A stretch of 45,873 nucleotides of DNA from a virus (taxonomy: Duplodnaviria > Caudoviricetes). Below, piece by piece: positions 26,813 through 35,451 of this stretch (positions are counted from its first letter, which is position 1; the number at the start of each line of letters is the position of its first letter). The DNA lies in the IMG/VR virus record IMGVR_UViG_3300037420_000730, positions 1 through 45,873 of that record; one strand, given 5' to 3'. Under the pieces are notes generated by a model, which had not been told where the DNA came from, ran no database searches, and worked only from the letters and a program-made list of their open reading frames with translations. The translations under genes were made by a program, and so were the position numbers.

Positions 26813-27321
26813 AGGCGAACTTACCCGCCGCGCTCGCAGCCGTGATCCAGCATGAAGGCGGTTTCGTGAACGATCCACGGGACCCCGGCGGCGCGACCAA
26901 TCGCGGAATCACGCAAGCCGTCTATGACGACTGGCGAGCCTCGCACGGCCTCCCGCTCCAAAGCGTCCGCAATCTCGTCAACGCCGAAGTCGAAGCGATC
27001 TATCGCACGCGCTACTGGGATGCGATCCGGGGCGACGACCTGCCGTCCGGGGTCGATTACTGCACATTCGACTTCGCGGTGAACAGCGGAGTCAACCGCG
27101 CCTCCCGCTTTCTCCAGAACGCCGCCGGGGTCACGGCTGACGGCAAGATCGGGCCGGTGACCCTGGCGGCCGTGGCTGCGATCCCGCCGCTCCTGCTTAT
27201 TCGCGCGGTCTGCGCGGCCCGGCTCGACTTCCTGCACCACCTGGAAACCTTCGACCGCTTCGGGCGCGGGTGGACGGCGCGGGTGAACGAAGTGCGCGAT
27301 CGGGCGGAGGCTTTGGCATGA
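26809..27321 (+). CDS. Endolysin, glycoside hydrolase family 108
   Basis: HEGGFVNDPRDPGGATNRGIT, FDFAVNSG, DGKIGPVTL and FGRGW..RV motifs. Confidence 0.92.
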   Translation: MKANLPAALAAVIQHEGGFVNDPRDPGGATNRGITQAVYDDWRASHGLPLQSVRNLVNAEVEAIYRTRYWDAIRGDDLPSGVDYCTFDFAVNSGVNRASRFLQNAAGVTADGKIGPVTLAAVAAIPPLLLIRAVCAARLDFLHHLETFDRFGRGWTARVNEVRDRAEALA

Positions 27322-27698
27322 GCGCGTGGCTTCACTCGCTGGCCCAGCGCGATCTGCGTGCGATCCTCGCGCTCGCCTTCTCGATCCTCGGCACGGTCGC
27401 TCTCACGGCCGTCGCGGTGTGGATCGTCTGGATCATATGGCAAGGCGGCTGGCCAGTTTCGACCGCCCCGCAGCGCATCGACAAGCTCGGCCTCGCGCTG
27501 GTGCTCGTGCTCGTCATCATGGGCGTGACGATGGTGAGTCTCGGTCTCGCCATCAACCGCCGCGAAGTGAAGGCGTCGGCGTTCGGCGCCAGCTTCGAAG
27601 CATCCGGAGGCGATACCGACCCGACCGTTGTGGCCGCAGCCGCCCAAGGCGCGGCTCAAGGCGCCGTGACCGCCGCAACCCCATCACAAGGAGCCTAG
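27318..27698 (+). CDS. Holin-like protein (2 TM)
   Basis: Two hydrophobic helices; ATGA-coupled to the endolysin. Confidence 0.6.
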   Translation: MSAWLHSLAQRDLRAILALAFSILGTVALTAVAVWIVWIIWQGGWPVSTAPQRIDKLGLALVLVLVIMGVTMVSLGLAINRREVKASAFGASFEASGGDTDPTVVAAAAQGAAQGAVTAATPSQGA

Positions 27699-27701
27699 CC
27701 C

Positions 27702-27878
27702 ATGCACGTCATCATCATCCTGACCGCCCTTGCCGTCGCGTTCGTCACCGGCGTCATTCTCGCGAGGCAGATCATTGCCGAGGTCCGTTCGGTCAAGGCC
27801 ACGCTCGGCGGCGACCTGAACGCCCTTCACGCCCGGATCGCGGCGCTTGAAACGAAGATCAAGGCAAAGCTGCCGTGA
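27702..27878 (+). CDS. Small membrane protein (58 aa)
   Basis: Translated by hand (MHVIIILTALAVAFVTGVIL...); RBS AAGGAG. Confidence 0.6.
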   Translation: MHVIIILTALAVAFVTGVILARQIIAEVRSVKATLGGDLNALHARIAALETKIKAKLP

Positions 27879-28303
27879 TGTTCCTTATCGCCCTTGCCGC
27901 CATCGTTCTTCCGCCCGTCCCCGGCGCGGTGAATCCGAACGTCAACCAGGGCGATATCGCGACCACCATCTGCGTCCACAACTGGACGAAAACGATCCGC
28001 CCTCCGGCAAGCTACACGAACAAGCTCAAGCTCCAGCAGATGCTCAAACTTGGCCTGACCGGAAGCCCGCGATTGTACGAGGAGGATCACGATATCTCGC
28101 TGGAGATCGGCGGCAACCCGACCGACCCGAACAACCTGTGGCCGGAAGCATGGGCGGGACCGTGGGGAGCACATGCCAAGGACCGGCTCGAGAACCGTTT
28201 GCACCGCGAAGTCTGCGCCGGGACGATCACGCTCCAACAGGCGCAGCACGACATCAGCACCAACTGGGTCGCGGCCTACGCCAAATATGTCGGCAAGCCG
28301 TGA
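27878..28303 (+). CDS. Putative exported HNH-like protein
   Basis: Hydrophobic N-terminus; YEEDH.ISLEIGG.P.D..NLWPE...KD.LEN.LH..VC motif. Confidence 0.65.
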   Translation: MFLIALAAIVLPPVPGAVNPNVNQGDIATTICVHNWTKTIRPPASYTNKLKLQQMLKLGLTGSPRLYEEDHDISLEIGGNPTDPNNLWPEAWAGPWGAHAKDRLENRLHREVCAGTITLQQAQHDISTNWVAAYAKYVGKP

Positions 28304-28647
28304 CCTGCTCGGTCTGCCCTCGCTGCGGCTACGCGCTTGAAGCGCTGGAAGCGTTCACCCTCGGCTCGCTCGGGGTCGAGGCCAGCGGTGCCGCCGTCTG
28401 GTGGAGCGGCCATCCGGTCCCGCTGACGACTGCCGAGCGGCTGGTCCTGATCGCGATCGTGCGCGCGGGCGGCAACACCGTCACCAGAGACGTGCTCGCC
28501 GAATGCGAAGGCTATGACGGCGACCGGCCCGAGAACAACACCAACGTCCTCGTTCACCGCATCAAGAAGGCGTTCCTCGCCATCGACCGGACCTTCGACC
28601 GGATAGAAACCGTGCGCGGGCAAGGCATCCGCTGGAGAATGGCATGA
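28300..28647 (+). CDS. OmpR/PhoB-type winged-helix protein with N-terminal Cys cluster
   Basis: CSVCPRCG, then LT..E..VL...G..V.R..L...V.V.RI.K...IETVRGQG.R; no receiver domain. Confidence 0.75.
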   Translation: MTCSVCPRCGYALEALEAFTLGSLGVEASGAAVWWSGHPVPLTTAERLVLIAIVRAGGNTVTRDVLAECEGYDGDRPENNTNVLVHRIKKAFLAIDRTFDRIETVRGQGIRWRMA

Positions 28648-28835
28648 TCGCCCGGCTGATCGCGCTCGCCATCATGCTCGTTCTGGCGGCCCTCGCATTG
28701 ACCGTGCCCGCAAAGCCCAAGCCGCTGCTGATCGACGCGCATCCCGCGCATGTCGCCAAAGTCCAGGCGCCGCTCTGCATCGCGCCGTGGCGGCGCTGCA
28801 CCGGCCCGGCCTGCCAGAAAAGGAGCGTCGCATGA
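28644..28835 (+). CDS. Small exported/membrane protein
   Basis: Signal-like N-terminus, three Cys; ATGA-coupled. Confidence 0.5.
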   Translation: MIARLIALAIMLVLAALALTVPAKPKPLLIDAHPAHVAKVQAPLCIAPWRRCTGPACQKRSVA

Positions 28836-28854
28836 TCCGCGATGAGATCGTATT

Positions 28855-29469
28855 GTGAGCGGCGGCCTCGGAATGGCTCTAGGCGCTCGCCTGCTGCCCG
28901 TCAGAGCGTTTTTCGGCTCGATACCACGCTGGGCCTACATCGCCCTCGCAATCGTGCTGGCGGGGCTTACAGGCGTTCTCGTCCACCAGCATTATGCGCA
29001 CAAGGCGATTGCCGCAGCCGAACAGCGCGGGGAAGCTCGAGCCTACGCCAACGTCGCTAGACAAGCGCAAGAGCTCGCCAGCAAGGCGAACGCGCTCAAC
29101 GCCGGTATCGCCGCCGCCTTCAAGGAGAAGAACCGTGAGGAAAATGCTCGCATTGCCGCTGCTGCTGATACTCTCAGGCTGCGCGGGCCGGGAGCCGCGC
29201 GTTGCGCCGCTGTCGCCGGAGTTTCCGCAAGCGCCAGTGGATCTGTCGCGGCCGGTGGGAAGCCCGATGCTGCCGGACCTCAAGTGCCTCCAGACGACCG
29301 GGCAGTCGTGCCCTGGGGGTGGTTGGTAGGTCGAGCCGAACAAGCCGATCTGAACCGGGCGGAAGTGGTCGCGTGGCGGGATTGGTATCAGCGCTTCGCC
29401 GCGGAATGGACGAAGTGGCAGTCAGACGCCGCGAAGGCCCGGGCTAAACCGGAGACTTCGACGCCCTGA
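28855..29469 (+). CDS. Inner-membrane spanin (Rz-like)
   Basis: N-terminal TM plus Ala-rich coiled coil; hosts an embedded lipoprotein ORF. Confidence 0.7.
   Translation: MSGGLGMALGARLLPVRAFFGSIPRWAYIALAIVLAGLTGVLVHQHYAHKAIAAAEQRGEARAYANVARQAQELASKANALNAGIAAAFKEKNREENARIAAAADTLRLRGPGAARCAAVAGVSASASGSVAAGGKPDAAGPQVPPDDRAVVPWGWLVGRAEQADLNRAEVVAWRDWYQRFAAEWTKWQSDAAKARAKPETSTP
29144..29329 (+). CDS. Outer-membrane spanin (Rz1-like), embedded in the +1 frame
   Basis: MLALPLLLILSGC lipobox, Pro-rich mature part, GAGG upstream. Confidence 0.7.
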   Translation: MLALPLLLILSGCAGREPRVAPLSPEFPQAPVDLSRPVGSPMLPDLKCLQTTGQSCPGGGW

Positions 29470-29611
29470 TCGAATGGCCGGACGCGGGCTTGCGCTTGGC
29501 CGCGTCACAGGTGCAGCCCGCGCCGAACCAGCCTCTGCCGTTCGTCGGCTTGCCGCATTTCACGCAAAAGATCAGGCTCGCTTCATCGGGGATGCGCGGC
29601 TTCCTAGCCAT
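29444..29611 (-). CDS. Small Cys-rich hypothetical protein
   Basis: MARKPRIP...CVKCG...CTC; last gene of the leftward operon. Confidence 0.45.
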   Translation of the reverse strand: MARKPRIPDEASLIFCVKCGKPTNGRGWFGAGCTCDAAKRKPASGHSIRASKSPV

Positions 29612-29774
29612 CGCTCGCGAGCCGCTGTTCCTCGGCAAGTTCCTCGGCCACCCATTCGGCGGCCAGCGTCGCGGCCTTCAGAGCGACCGCCTGGATCGTC
29701 GGTGCGTTGCCGCATTCGTCGATTGCCTGAGCGGCGGCGGTGGCGATGATCTCGCTCCAGCGCTTCGAGTCCAT
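29604..29774 (-). CDS. Small hypothetical protein (56 aa)
   Basis: Translated by hand (MDSKRWSEIIATAAAQ...); fills the operon gap. Confidence 0.45.
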   Translation of the reverse strand: MDSKRWSEIIATAAAQAIDECGNAPTIQAVALKAATLAAEWVAEELAEEQRLASDG

Positions 29775-29783
29775 GCGCCGGGC

Positions 29784-30152
29784 TTAGCGCGTTTCCGTCG
29801 CGCTGTTGAGGGCTTGGCGGACGATCTCTGCCGCTTTGTCCAGTCCGGAAGCATAGCCAGCATCCCAATCGCTCCTGCCGCCCGTGTCCTCAGCCTCAAT
29901 GCGCTCCAGCGCCTCCCTCATCCCCACTTCATCGGATACGGGGATGGCGGAAACTCCCGCGATCTTGTCCGCGAACATGACGAAGGTGTTTCGCCCGTCG
30001 CTGGCTTCGGGGTAGAGGCCAGCAAATCGCCGCGCCTCGGCTTCAAGATACGTCAGCTTGTCCACCACATCGGCAGGAGCGGGTTGGGCGCGGGTGTCTG
30101 GGTATGCGGTCATTGCGCCGCAGTTCGGACAAAGGCGTGATTCACCCGTCAT
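29784..30152 (-). CDS. Hypothetical protein
   Basis: MTGESRLCPNCG...; RBS AGGAG. Confidence 0.55.
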   Translation of the reverse strand: MTGESRLCPNCGAMTAYPDTRAQPAPADVVDKLTYLEAEARRFAGLYPEASDGRNTFVMFADKIAGVSAIPVSDEVGMREALERIEAEDTGGRSDWDAGYASGLDKAAEIVRQALNSATETR

Positions 30153-30364
30153 TGATCTGCTCCTGTGTTGGCGGTGGCGGAGGGTTTGGATCGCGGAGAA
30201 TTGCGCGCGACCACCAGCCATGCGTGAGCCAATCGAAAAAGCTGCCCAGAACACCGATCTCGTTCACATCGCCCTCGCGCTTCATCTCAGACACTATCTC
30301 ACTCCCTCCTGCCCAGGATTGGGGCGCGGCGCCGTTGGCGACCCGGTTTCGATCCGTTGCGCCG

Positions 30365-30952
30365 TCACGCTGCGACCGCCCGTTTCGCTTGATCGTAGGC
30401 TGCGCGAAGCTGGTCCCATTCCTGCCGCGATCCGCCGGCGTCCGGGTGGGCGGCCTTCGCCTTTACCCGATAGGCGCGCTCGATCTCCATTTCAGATGCG
30501 CCCGACTCCAGGTCGAGGATTTGCCAGCAGGTGAGCGCCACCACGCCGTCAGGCGAAGGCAGCGCTTCGAATGCAGAGAATGCCCGCTCCATCATGTCGG
30601 ACGCGCCCCAGCGCTCTATGCCGCGAAGGGCCTCAATCGTCTTGCCGATCGCTCGCACGTTGTCTTTGACACGATCCCAGCGGTCGCAGGCGAAAGTCAT
30701 CTGCTTGCCCTGCCACATGAAATAGACGGCCACGCCGGGATCGTCCGGCTCCTTTTGGCCCGAATAGGGAAGCCCGTCGCGCCGGAGCGGCACATTGGAA
30801 CTGAGGACCGGATAGCGAGCGCCCATCAACCGAAGTTCGCGCATCAGCTCATCGCGCGAGTTTGCGAACGATAGGTTGAAGGCCGCGCGGGTCTTGCGCC
30901 TTGCGCGAGGCCATCCTGCGGGCCAAGCGAGCGGATAGGCTTCAGCGGTCAT
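30365..30952 (-). CDS. J-domain-containing phage protein
   Basis: AYPL.WP.GWPR N-terminal domain; C-terminal WQILDL...I.RAYR..AK.AHPDAGGS J-domain with HPD. Confidence 0.85.
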   Translation of the reverse strand: MTAEAYPLAWPAGWPRARRKTRAAFNLSFANSRDELMRELRLMGARYPVLSSNVPLRRDGLPYSGQKEPDDPGVAVYFMWQGKQMTFACDRWDRVKDNVRAIGKTIEALRGIERWGASDMMERAFSAFEALPSPDGVVALTCWQILDLESGASEMEIERAYRVKAKAAHPDAGGSRQEWDQLRAAYDQAKRAVAA

Positions 30953-31083
30953 AGAATCTCCGAAGGGTTCGGCTGGTTCCAAATGTACCACGCAGCGGCA
31001 CGGAGGGCGAACAAAAGCCGCACAAATTGGCGAAAATCCGCGCCAGATTTGAGTGAGAATGGCAGATTTGCGCGGGGAGCTTG

Positions 31084-31129
31084 CGTTTACACCGAAGGGG
31101 TCGGCGGTTCGAGCCCGTCAGCGCCCACC
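31084..31129 (+). other. attP core: 3' half of tRNA-Val(TAC)
   Basis: Contains anticodon loop TTTACAC, T-arm GGCGG-TTCGAGC-CCGTC and acceptor strand AGCGCCC-A-CC. The 5' half is absent; 60 nt downstream of int. Confidence 0.88.
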
Positions 31130-31189
31130 GCAGTTTTCCGCCGAATAATGCAATTTTCCAGAAAGGGTCTGCCGGTACGCATGAACCGC

Positions 31190-32161
31190 CTACCAGTCCA
31201 AAGCGGCTATCGCATCGGCCATGAACCGGGGCGAATATCTCGCATAATTGGCGTAGGTGATCCGGGTCGTCGTATGCCCGAGCACCTGGGCGATCCGGTC
31301 CATCGGCACGTCCGCCATCGCCATCCACACTGCAGCGGTCCGCCGGAACACATGCGGAGAGCAGGGCACTCCAGACCGTCTGGCAGCGGCTCCGACCGCC
31401 TTCTTCACACTGGCGACCGGCTTGGCTCCATATTCGATGACGTGATCCGTCAACGCGCCCTTCCTCGCTTCCAGCAATCGCTCCTTCAGGCGCGGCGTGA
31501 TCCCGACTACCGTTCGGCGCTTGTTCGTCTTGTCGCGGCCGGCGGGTTCGAAGTCGATTGTCCCGTGCTCCAGATCCACCCGGCTCCAGGTCAGGTCGAG
31601 GATAGCGCCCATCCGAGCGCCTGTTCCCAAGGCCATTTCCACGAACAGCCGGACATGCGGCGTCTCTATCGCGGCAAGCAAGCGCTCCGCCTCGTCCCGC
31701 GACAGGTAGCGCTCTCTCGCCTTCGACGGCGGCGGAGCGGTGATCTGCGGCGCCTCCTTGCCGTAGTGCCAGCGCAGACATGCCCTCAGAGCTTCGAGCT
31801 CGGTTCGGATCGTGCTGTTCGTCCGACCCTCGCGCTTGCGTTGTTCGGCATAGGCGCGGCAATCGGCCTTGGTAATCGCCTTGCCGAGCCGATAGCCGAA
31901 GTGGGGCTCGAGCCGCTTCCACAGCGACGTCATGCGCGCCTTCGCGGCTGCGGTCGGTGCCCGGTCGGAGACATAGGGCGGCCATAGGTCGGCTACCCTT
32001 TCCGATTGCGGTTGAGATCGGGTCCGCCAGATCGCACCAGCGCGAGCCTCCGCGATCCCTCTGTCATGCGTTCCAGTCGCGATCCGAACGCGGCCTCGGC
32101 CCGGCTCGGTGTAAGCGAGGCTCCATTGTCCTCGGTGCCTGACAAGGCGGTATTCTGGCAT
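31190..32161 (-). CDS. int: Tyrosine integrase
   Basis: TGAR, HVFRRT and LGH...T...Y catalytic motifs. Confidence 0.93.
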   Translation of the reverse strand: MPEYRLVRHRGQWSLAYTEPGRGRVRIATGTHDRGIAEARAGAIWRTRSQPQSERVADLWPPYVSDRAPTAAAKARMTSLWKRLEPHFGYRLGKAITKADCRAYAEQRKREGRTNSTIRTELEALRACLRWHYGKEAPQITAPPPSKARERYLSRDEAERLLAAIETPHVRLFVEMALGTGARMGAILDLTWSRVDLEHGTIDFEPAGRDKTNKRRTVVGITPRLKERLLEARKGALTDHVIEYGAKPVASVKKAVGAAARRSGVPCSPHVFRRTAAVWMAMADVPMDRIAQVLGHTTTRITYANYARYSPRFMADAIAALDW

Positions 32162-32313
32162 TCGATGCGTTCGACCTCGCTGGCGGGAATGCGAATCAGC
32201 TTGCCGAGCCGGAAGCTGGACAACTCACCCCGGCGGCACATTTGCCTAACCGTCTCCGATGAGCAACCCCATCTCTGGGCGAGCGTCTCCGGCGAAAAGG
32301 GGCGCTCGACCAT
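31993..32313 (-). CDS. xis: Excisionase-like HTH protein overlapping the int 5' end
   Basis: SPETLAQRWGCS.ETVRQMC.RGEL..FRLGKLIRIP is a MerR/HTH_17-type motif. Confidence 0.8.
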   Translation of the reverse strand: MVERPFSPETLAQRWGCSSETVRQMCRRGELSSFRLGKLIRIPASEVERIECQNTALSGTEDNGASLTPSRAEAAFGSRLERMTEGSRRLALVRSGGPDLNRNRKG

Positions 32314-32498
32314 CACAGCGCCACCATCTCCATTGAAGCGCGTTCAGTCACCGCTCCCCCTTCCGGATGGTGGGCGGGTGCCTTTGGGCGCATCCCTTGC
32401 GGGAGCGGGCCAACACTCACTGCAAAAGCCCTCCACGCGACCGTGGATGCACTTGTCCATTCGGTTCAGGTGGCCGAAGTAGAAGTTGACGCGGACGG

Positions 32499-32807
32499 TC
32501 ACAGTCCGCTCCGTATCTTTTCGAGGGCGGCGTCGATTGCCGCCAGCGCCGCGTCCATCGCTTCCACGTCTTCTCGAATATCAGGGTCGTAATCCGTCGC
32601 GTTCTTGTCTGGTGGGCACGAATGACACTCGACCATCACATCGCGCTCGTCCTGAATAATCGGACGCGCTCGTTCCAGCGCCCTCTCTGCCGTCTCCAGT
32701 GCGTCGGCGGCTTTGTTTGGAGCGTCGTTCAATTCGCCGTGGCTATCGCGCCATGAGCGATGCAGCCGCAACCGCTCAACCAGCGTCATTGATGGTGTCT
32801 TTGTCAT
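32499..32807 (-). CDS. Hypothetical protein
   Basis: LVERLR...AADALE pattern; ATGA-coupled. Confidence 0.6.
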   Translation of the reverse strand: MTKTPSMTLVERLRLHRSWRDSHGELNDAPNKAADALETAERALERARPIIQDERDVMVECHSCPPDKNATDYDPDIREDVEAMDAALAAIDAALEKIRSGL

Positions 32808-33523
32808 TGGGATGCTGTCCGTTCGAGGGTGGCGCGGGCTTCCTCCGGCGTGTCGATGCCCGGCCTCATGCGCGTATCTGTTCCTGTAAGCGCTAGGTGC
32901 CAATTGGCGAGCGCCGCTGCCGTGCTGATGGTGTGATGCAGCGCCTTCTCTGTGTTGCCTTCGACGTGAGCGGACGCGGCTTTCTGTGCGAGGTAGCCAA
33001 TGAGCCAGAACCAATCGAACGGTGTCTTTCCCGCGTCATGGTCAGCGCCCCATCGCTCTCGCTGATGGGCTGCTTCAAGCGCGGTGCCCTTGGCAAAGTC
33101 CTCGACTTCCGGTGTATTGAGGAGAGCGGTCAGCCGAGCGATTTCCGCATCCCGCTCCGCGATGGTCGCGGCTTGCTGTTCGGCTAGCGTTTCGAGGTGT
33201 CGCAACTCGGTTTGTAGTGCGATAATGTCTCGCGGGTCACATTCGAGCATCGCGTGGCAATCGTCGGCCTCGTAGGCTTGTGCGAAAAGCCGGTTGACCT
33301 TTTCCACAATCTCCCCCGTTGCAGAGGGCGTGGGTTGGGGGCGGGTGTTCCAGATACGTCGAGCGTCGTCAGCGTAGTAGCAAGCCTCAGTGGCTACTCC
33401 GCAGCCCTTACACCGCACTCGATAGAGCCGCGCACCGCGGAACTCGACGAACGGCTCCGGCTCTCGACACCAAGGGTTCGGACACGGCTTCAGCTCAACC
33501 GCCCCTGTCTCGCGCGCGGTCAT
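32804..33523 (-). CDS. Lar-like Zn-finger fused to a conserved helical phage domain
   Basis: ELKPCPNPWC...CKGCG...WNTR, then EAAHQRERWG..HD.GK.P.DWFWL.GYLA.KA. Confidence 0.65.
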   Translation of the reverse strand: MTARETGAVELKPCPNPWCREPEPFVEFRGARLYRVRCKGCGVATEACYYADDARRIWNTRPQPTPSATGEIVEKVNRLFAQAYEADDCHAMLECDPRDIIALQTELRHLETLAEQQAATIAERDAEIARLTALLNTPEVEDFAKGTALEAAHQRERWGADHDAGKTPFDWFWLIGYLAQKAASAHVEGNTEKALHHTISTAAALANWHLALTGTDTRMRPGIDTPEEARATLERTASQ

Positions 33524-33954
33524 TGGGATGCTCCACGAGCGCGGAGAGCGGCGGCGCAGAGAGCGAGCGCGAAAGTGCTGTCAGTCTCGCCGACGAACGA
33601 GCAGGTCGGCCCCTGAATTACGGCGATGTTCGGAACGTAAGCGCCGCGCTCCTTGAACCATTGCATTCCCTCCGGCACCAGCGTCATCGCGGCGTCGAGT
33701 GAGGCGGTCCAGCGCGGGACGAACTGTGCGGGGTCAAGAAAGCCATCGCGCTTTCCGCTTGATGTCCAATGCTCTATTTCGTCGCCGCCCGCGCCCCAAC
33801 GCCAGTCTCCGGCATAGGGTTTGTAAAGCGGCCCGTTGAATACATCTCGGTAATCAATCGCGACCGAGATCGCCAAGTCCAACTCGCGATCCGGCCCCGT
33901 CGCGGCTTCCACGCGCGCAGCAAGCGCAATCAGGCTTTGGTTACGGTCTGTCAT
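33520..33954 (-). CDS. Conserved phage hypothetical protein
   Basis: EAATGPDRELD...P.WTASLDAA.TLVP...ALALC.AALRAR pattern. Confidence 0.7.
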   Translation of the reverse strand: MTDRNQSLIALAARVEAATGPDRELDLAISVAIDYRDVFNGPLYKPYAGDWRWGAGGDEIEHWTSSGKRDGFLDPAQFVPRWTASLDAAMTLVPEGMQWFKERGAYVPNIAVIQGPTCSFVGETDSTFALALCAAALRARGASQ

Positions 33955-34226
33955 GGGTTGCGACCTTCGGCTTTGTGGCGCGCGTTCCAGCGTTCGATTG
34001 CTTCGTCCTTTGTCTGGTACCCGCCAACGAGACCCGGACGCCCGTTCGTAATGCCGCATTTGATGCAGTTGACGAAAAACGCCTCCGTGATGTCGGAGCC
34101 ATCCGCCCAATGAGTGTCTGCAAGAGCCTCGCGGTAGTGGGTTTCACCGTCAGCGCTCGCTTCGCCTCCGCAAAATGGACACGGCAACAGCGCTCCGGTC
34201 CCGCTGGCGTTGGTAGGGGTGGTCAT
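33951..34226 (-). CDS. Lar-family restriction alleviation-like protein
   Basis: LLPCPFCGGEA...CIKCG...EAIERWN.R. Confidence 0.75.
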   Translation of the reverse strand: MTTPTNASGTGALLPCPFCGGEASADGETHYREALADTHWADGSDITEAFFVNCIKCGITNGRPGLVGGYQTKDEAIERWNARHKAEGRNP

Positions 34227-34444
34227 GCGAGCAACTCCCGCCGAAGCCGCGCAAGCGTCGGAAGCATGAACTCGCCGCGCTCCCTGGCGTAGGACTTCCG
34301 ATAGGCCAGCATCTGTTCGTCGATCTCGGCAATTTCGCGCGTGGCACGGTCGCGGTCGCGCAAGAGTATGCGGAGCGCCGCGTCGGGCGCTCCCACGCGC
34401 TCCCTCTCCGGTTCGACCAGCTTGAGCTTTCGGGCGGCGGTCAT
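34223..34444 (-). CDS. Hypothetical protein
   Basis: ATGA-coupled on both sides. Confidence 0.6.
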   Translation of the reverse strand: MTAARKLKLVEPERERVGAPDAALRILLRDRDRATREIAEIDEQMLAYRKSYARERGEFMLPTLARLRRELLA

Positions 34445-34899
34445 GCGGCTTCTCCGAACTGTGCTTCACCCTCATTGCGAAGCGTGGTTATGTCGGTCCC
34501 GATCCATCGCGACAGAAGCTCGAGCGCCTGGTCGATGTAGGCCATGCGCTCGCTCTCCGGCATGGAGTCGAAGCCGATCGATTCGTCGTCCCATTCGAGA
34601 ATTTCGCCGGTCTTCTTGCTCACCACTGGAGCCGACAGGCCGAGCTTGCGCTTGAGATAGCGATGCAGGACTCGCGGGGTCATTATCCCGTCAACGGCGT
34701 CGGACAGCTGCTCACATGCGACCTTGAGGCAGACCCAGTAGAGGCCGAGCCGTCGCGTGTTGCCGCGTATCTGCTTGATCTCGATGCGCACATTGCGGTC
34801 GCGGGGTAGCGATTTCACCGCATCTTCCGCAGCCGGCGTAACCGGGCGAAGCGACCCAAGCAGCGGGCGAAACAGCATCGGTTCCTTGTCAGACATCAT
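34441..34899 (-). CDS. NinB/DUF1367-like recombination accessory protein
   Basis: L.P.TPAA...V.IEIK..R.N...YW...SIGFDSM.E.E..Y pattern. Confidence 0.55.
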   Translation of the reverse strand: MMSDKEPMLFRPLLGSLRPVTPAAEDAVKSLPRDRNVRIEIKQIRGNTRRLGLYWVCLKVACEQLSDAVDGIMTPRVLHRYLKRKLGLSAPVVSKKTGEILEWDDESIGFDSMPESERMAYIDQALELLSRWIGTDITTLRNEGEAQFGEAA

Positions 34900-35266
34900 T
34901 CGCCTCCTGCTTCTTCTCCCAAGCAATTCGGCCGGGCCATGCGCGCCAGTAATCTGCCGCCAGATCGACCGGATCGCGACCGCCGAGATATTCGGCCGCG
35001 AATGTCCGCCACCCGTATTTGTGCTGCGTGTGAAGGTGGCAGTTTTCCGAGAGCGGGATCATCCATTTGTCAGCCGACTTGGTTCCGACACCCTTGCTCG
35101 CCTTGTGCGGAACATGGGCGGCCTGGATTCGTCCGCCGCACAGCTTATTGCTGCCACCGCAAGCGCACGGCCTCCCGCGTAGCCATTGCCCGTAGGCGTC
35201 GGCACATTTCCAGGCTGGCCTAGGTGCGTTGCGGTGACGCGGTTTGATCGCGGAGCGGGAGAGCAT
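34889..35266 (-). CDS. DUF968-like putative HNH nuclease
   Basis: WLR..PC.CG...QAAHV...G.G.K..D...IPL...CH..QH. Confidence 0.7.
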   Translation of the reverse strand: MLSRSAIKPRHRNAPRPAWKCADAYGQWLRGRPCACGGSNKLCGGRIQAAHVPHKASKGVGTKSADKWMIPLSENCHLHTQHKYGWRTFAAEYLGGRDPVDLAADYWRAWPGRIAWEKKQEANDV

Positions 35267-35451
35267 CACTCCTCGACCTTCCACAGCGGGCCGCGTGTCC
35301 GTATCTCCTCGACCGAGGATCGCGGCGGCAAGCCATGTCCGGCGCGCGAACGGTTGATCTTCCGCAGGCGATAGTCAGGGTCCGTCCAGTAGCGCTTGCG
35401 GTGGACGCGGGAGAGCCGTTTGCGCTCGGCAAGAGGAGTGTCGAAGCTCAT
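35266..35451 (-). CDS. Small basic hypothetical protein
   Basis: MSFDTPLAERKRL...; coupled to both neighbours. Confidence 0.55.
   Translation of the reverse strand: MSFDTPLAERKRLSRVHRKRYWTDPDYRLRKINRSRAGHGLPPRSSVEEIRTRGPLWKVEE

Noticed and set aside
31009-31023. Second LexA box GAAC-N7-GCAC near attP
   Set aside because: One mismatch and no clear promoter context; could be chance or an integrase arm site.
31060-31130. Complete tRNA-Val gene
   Set aside because: The 5' acceptor strand and D-arm are missing and the anticodon stem is only partly paired; better explained as attP.
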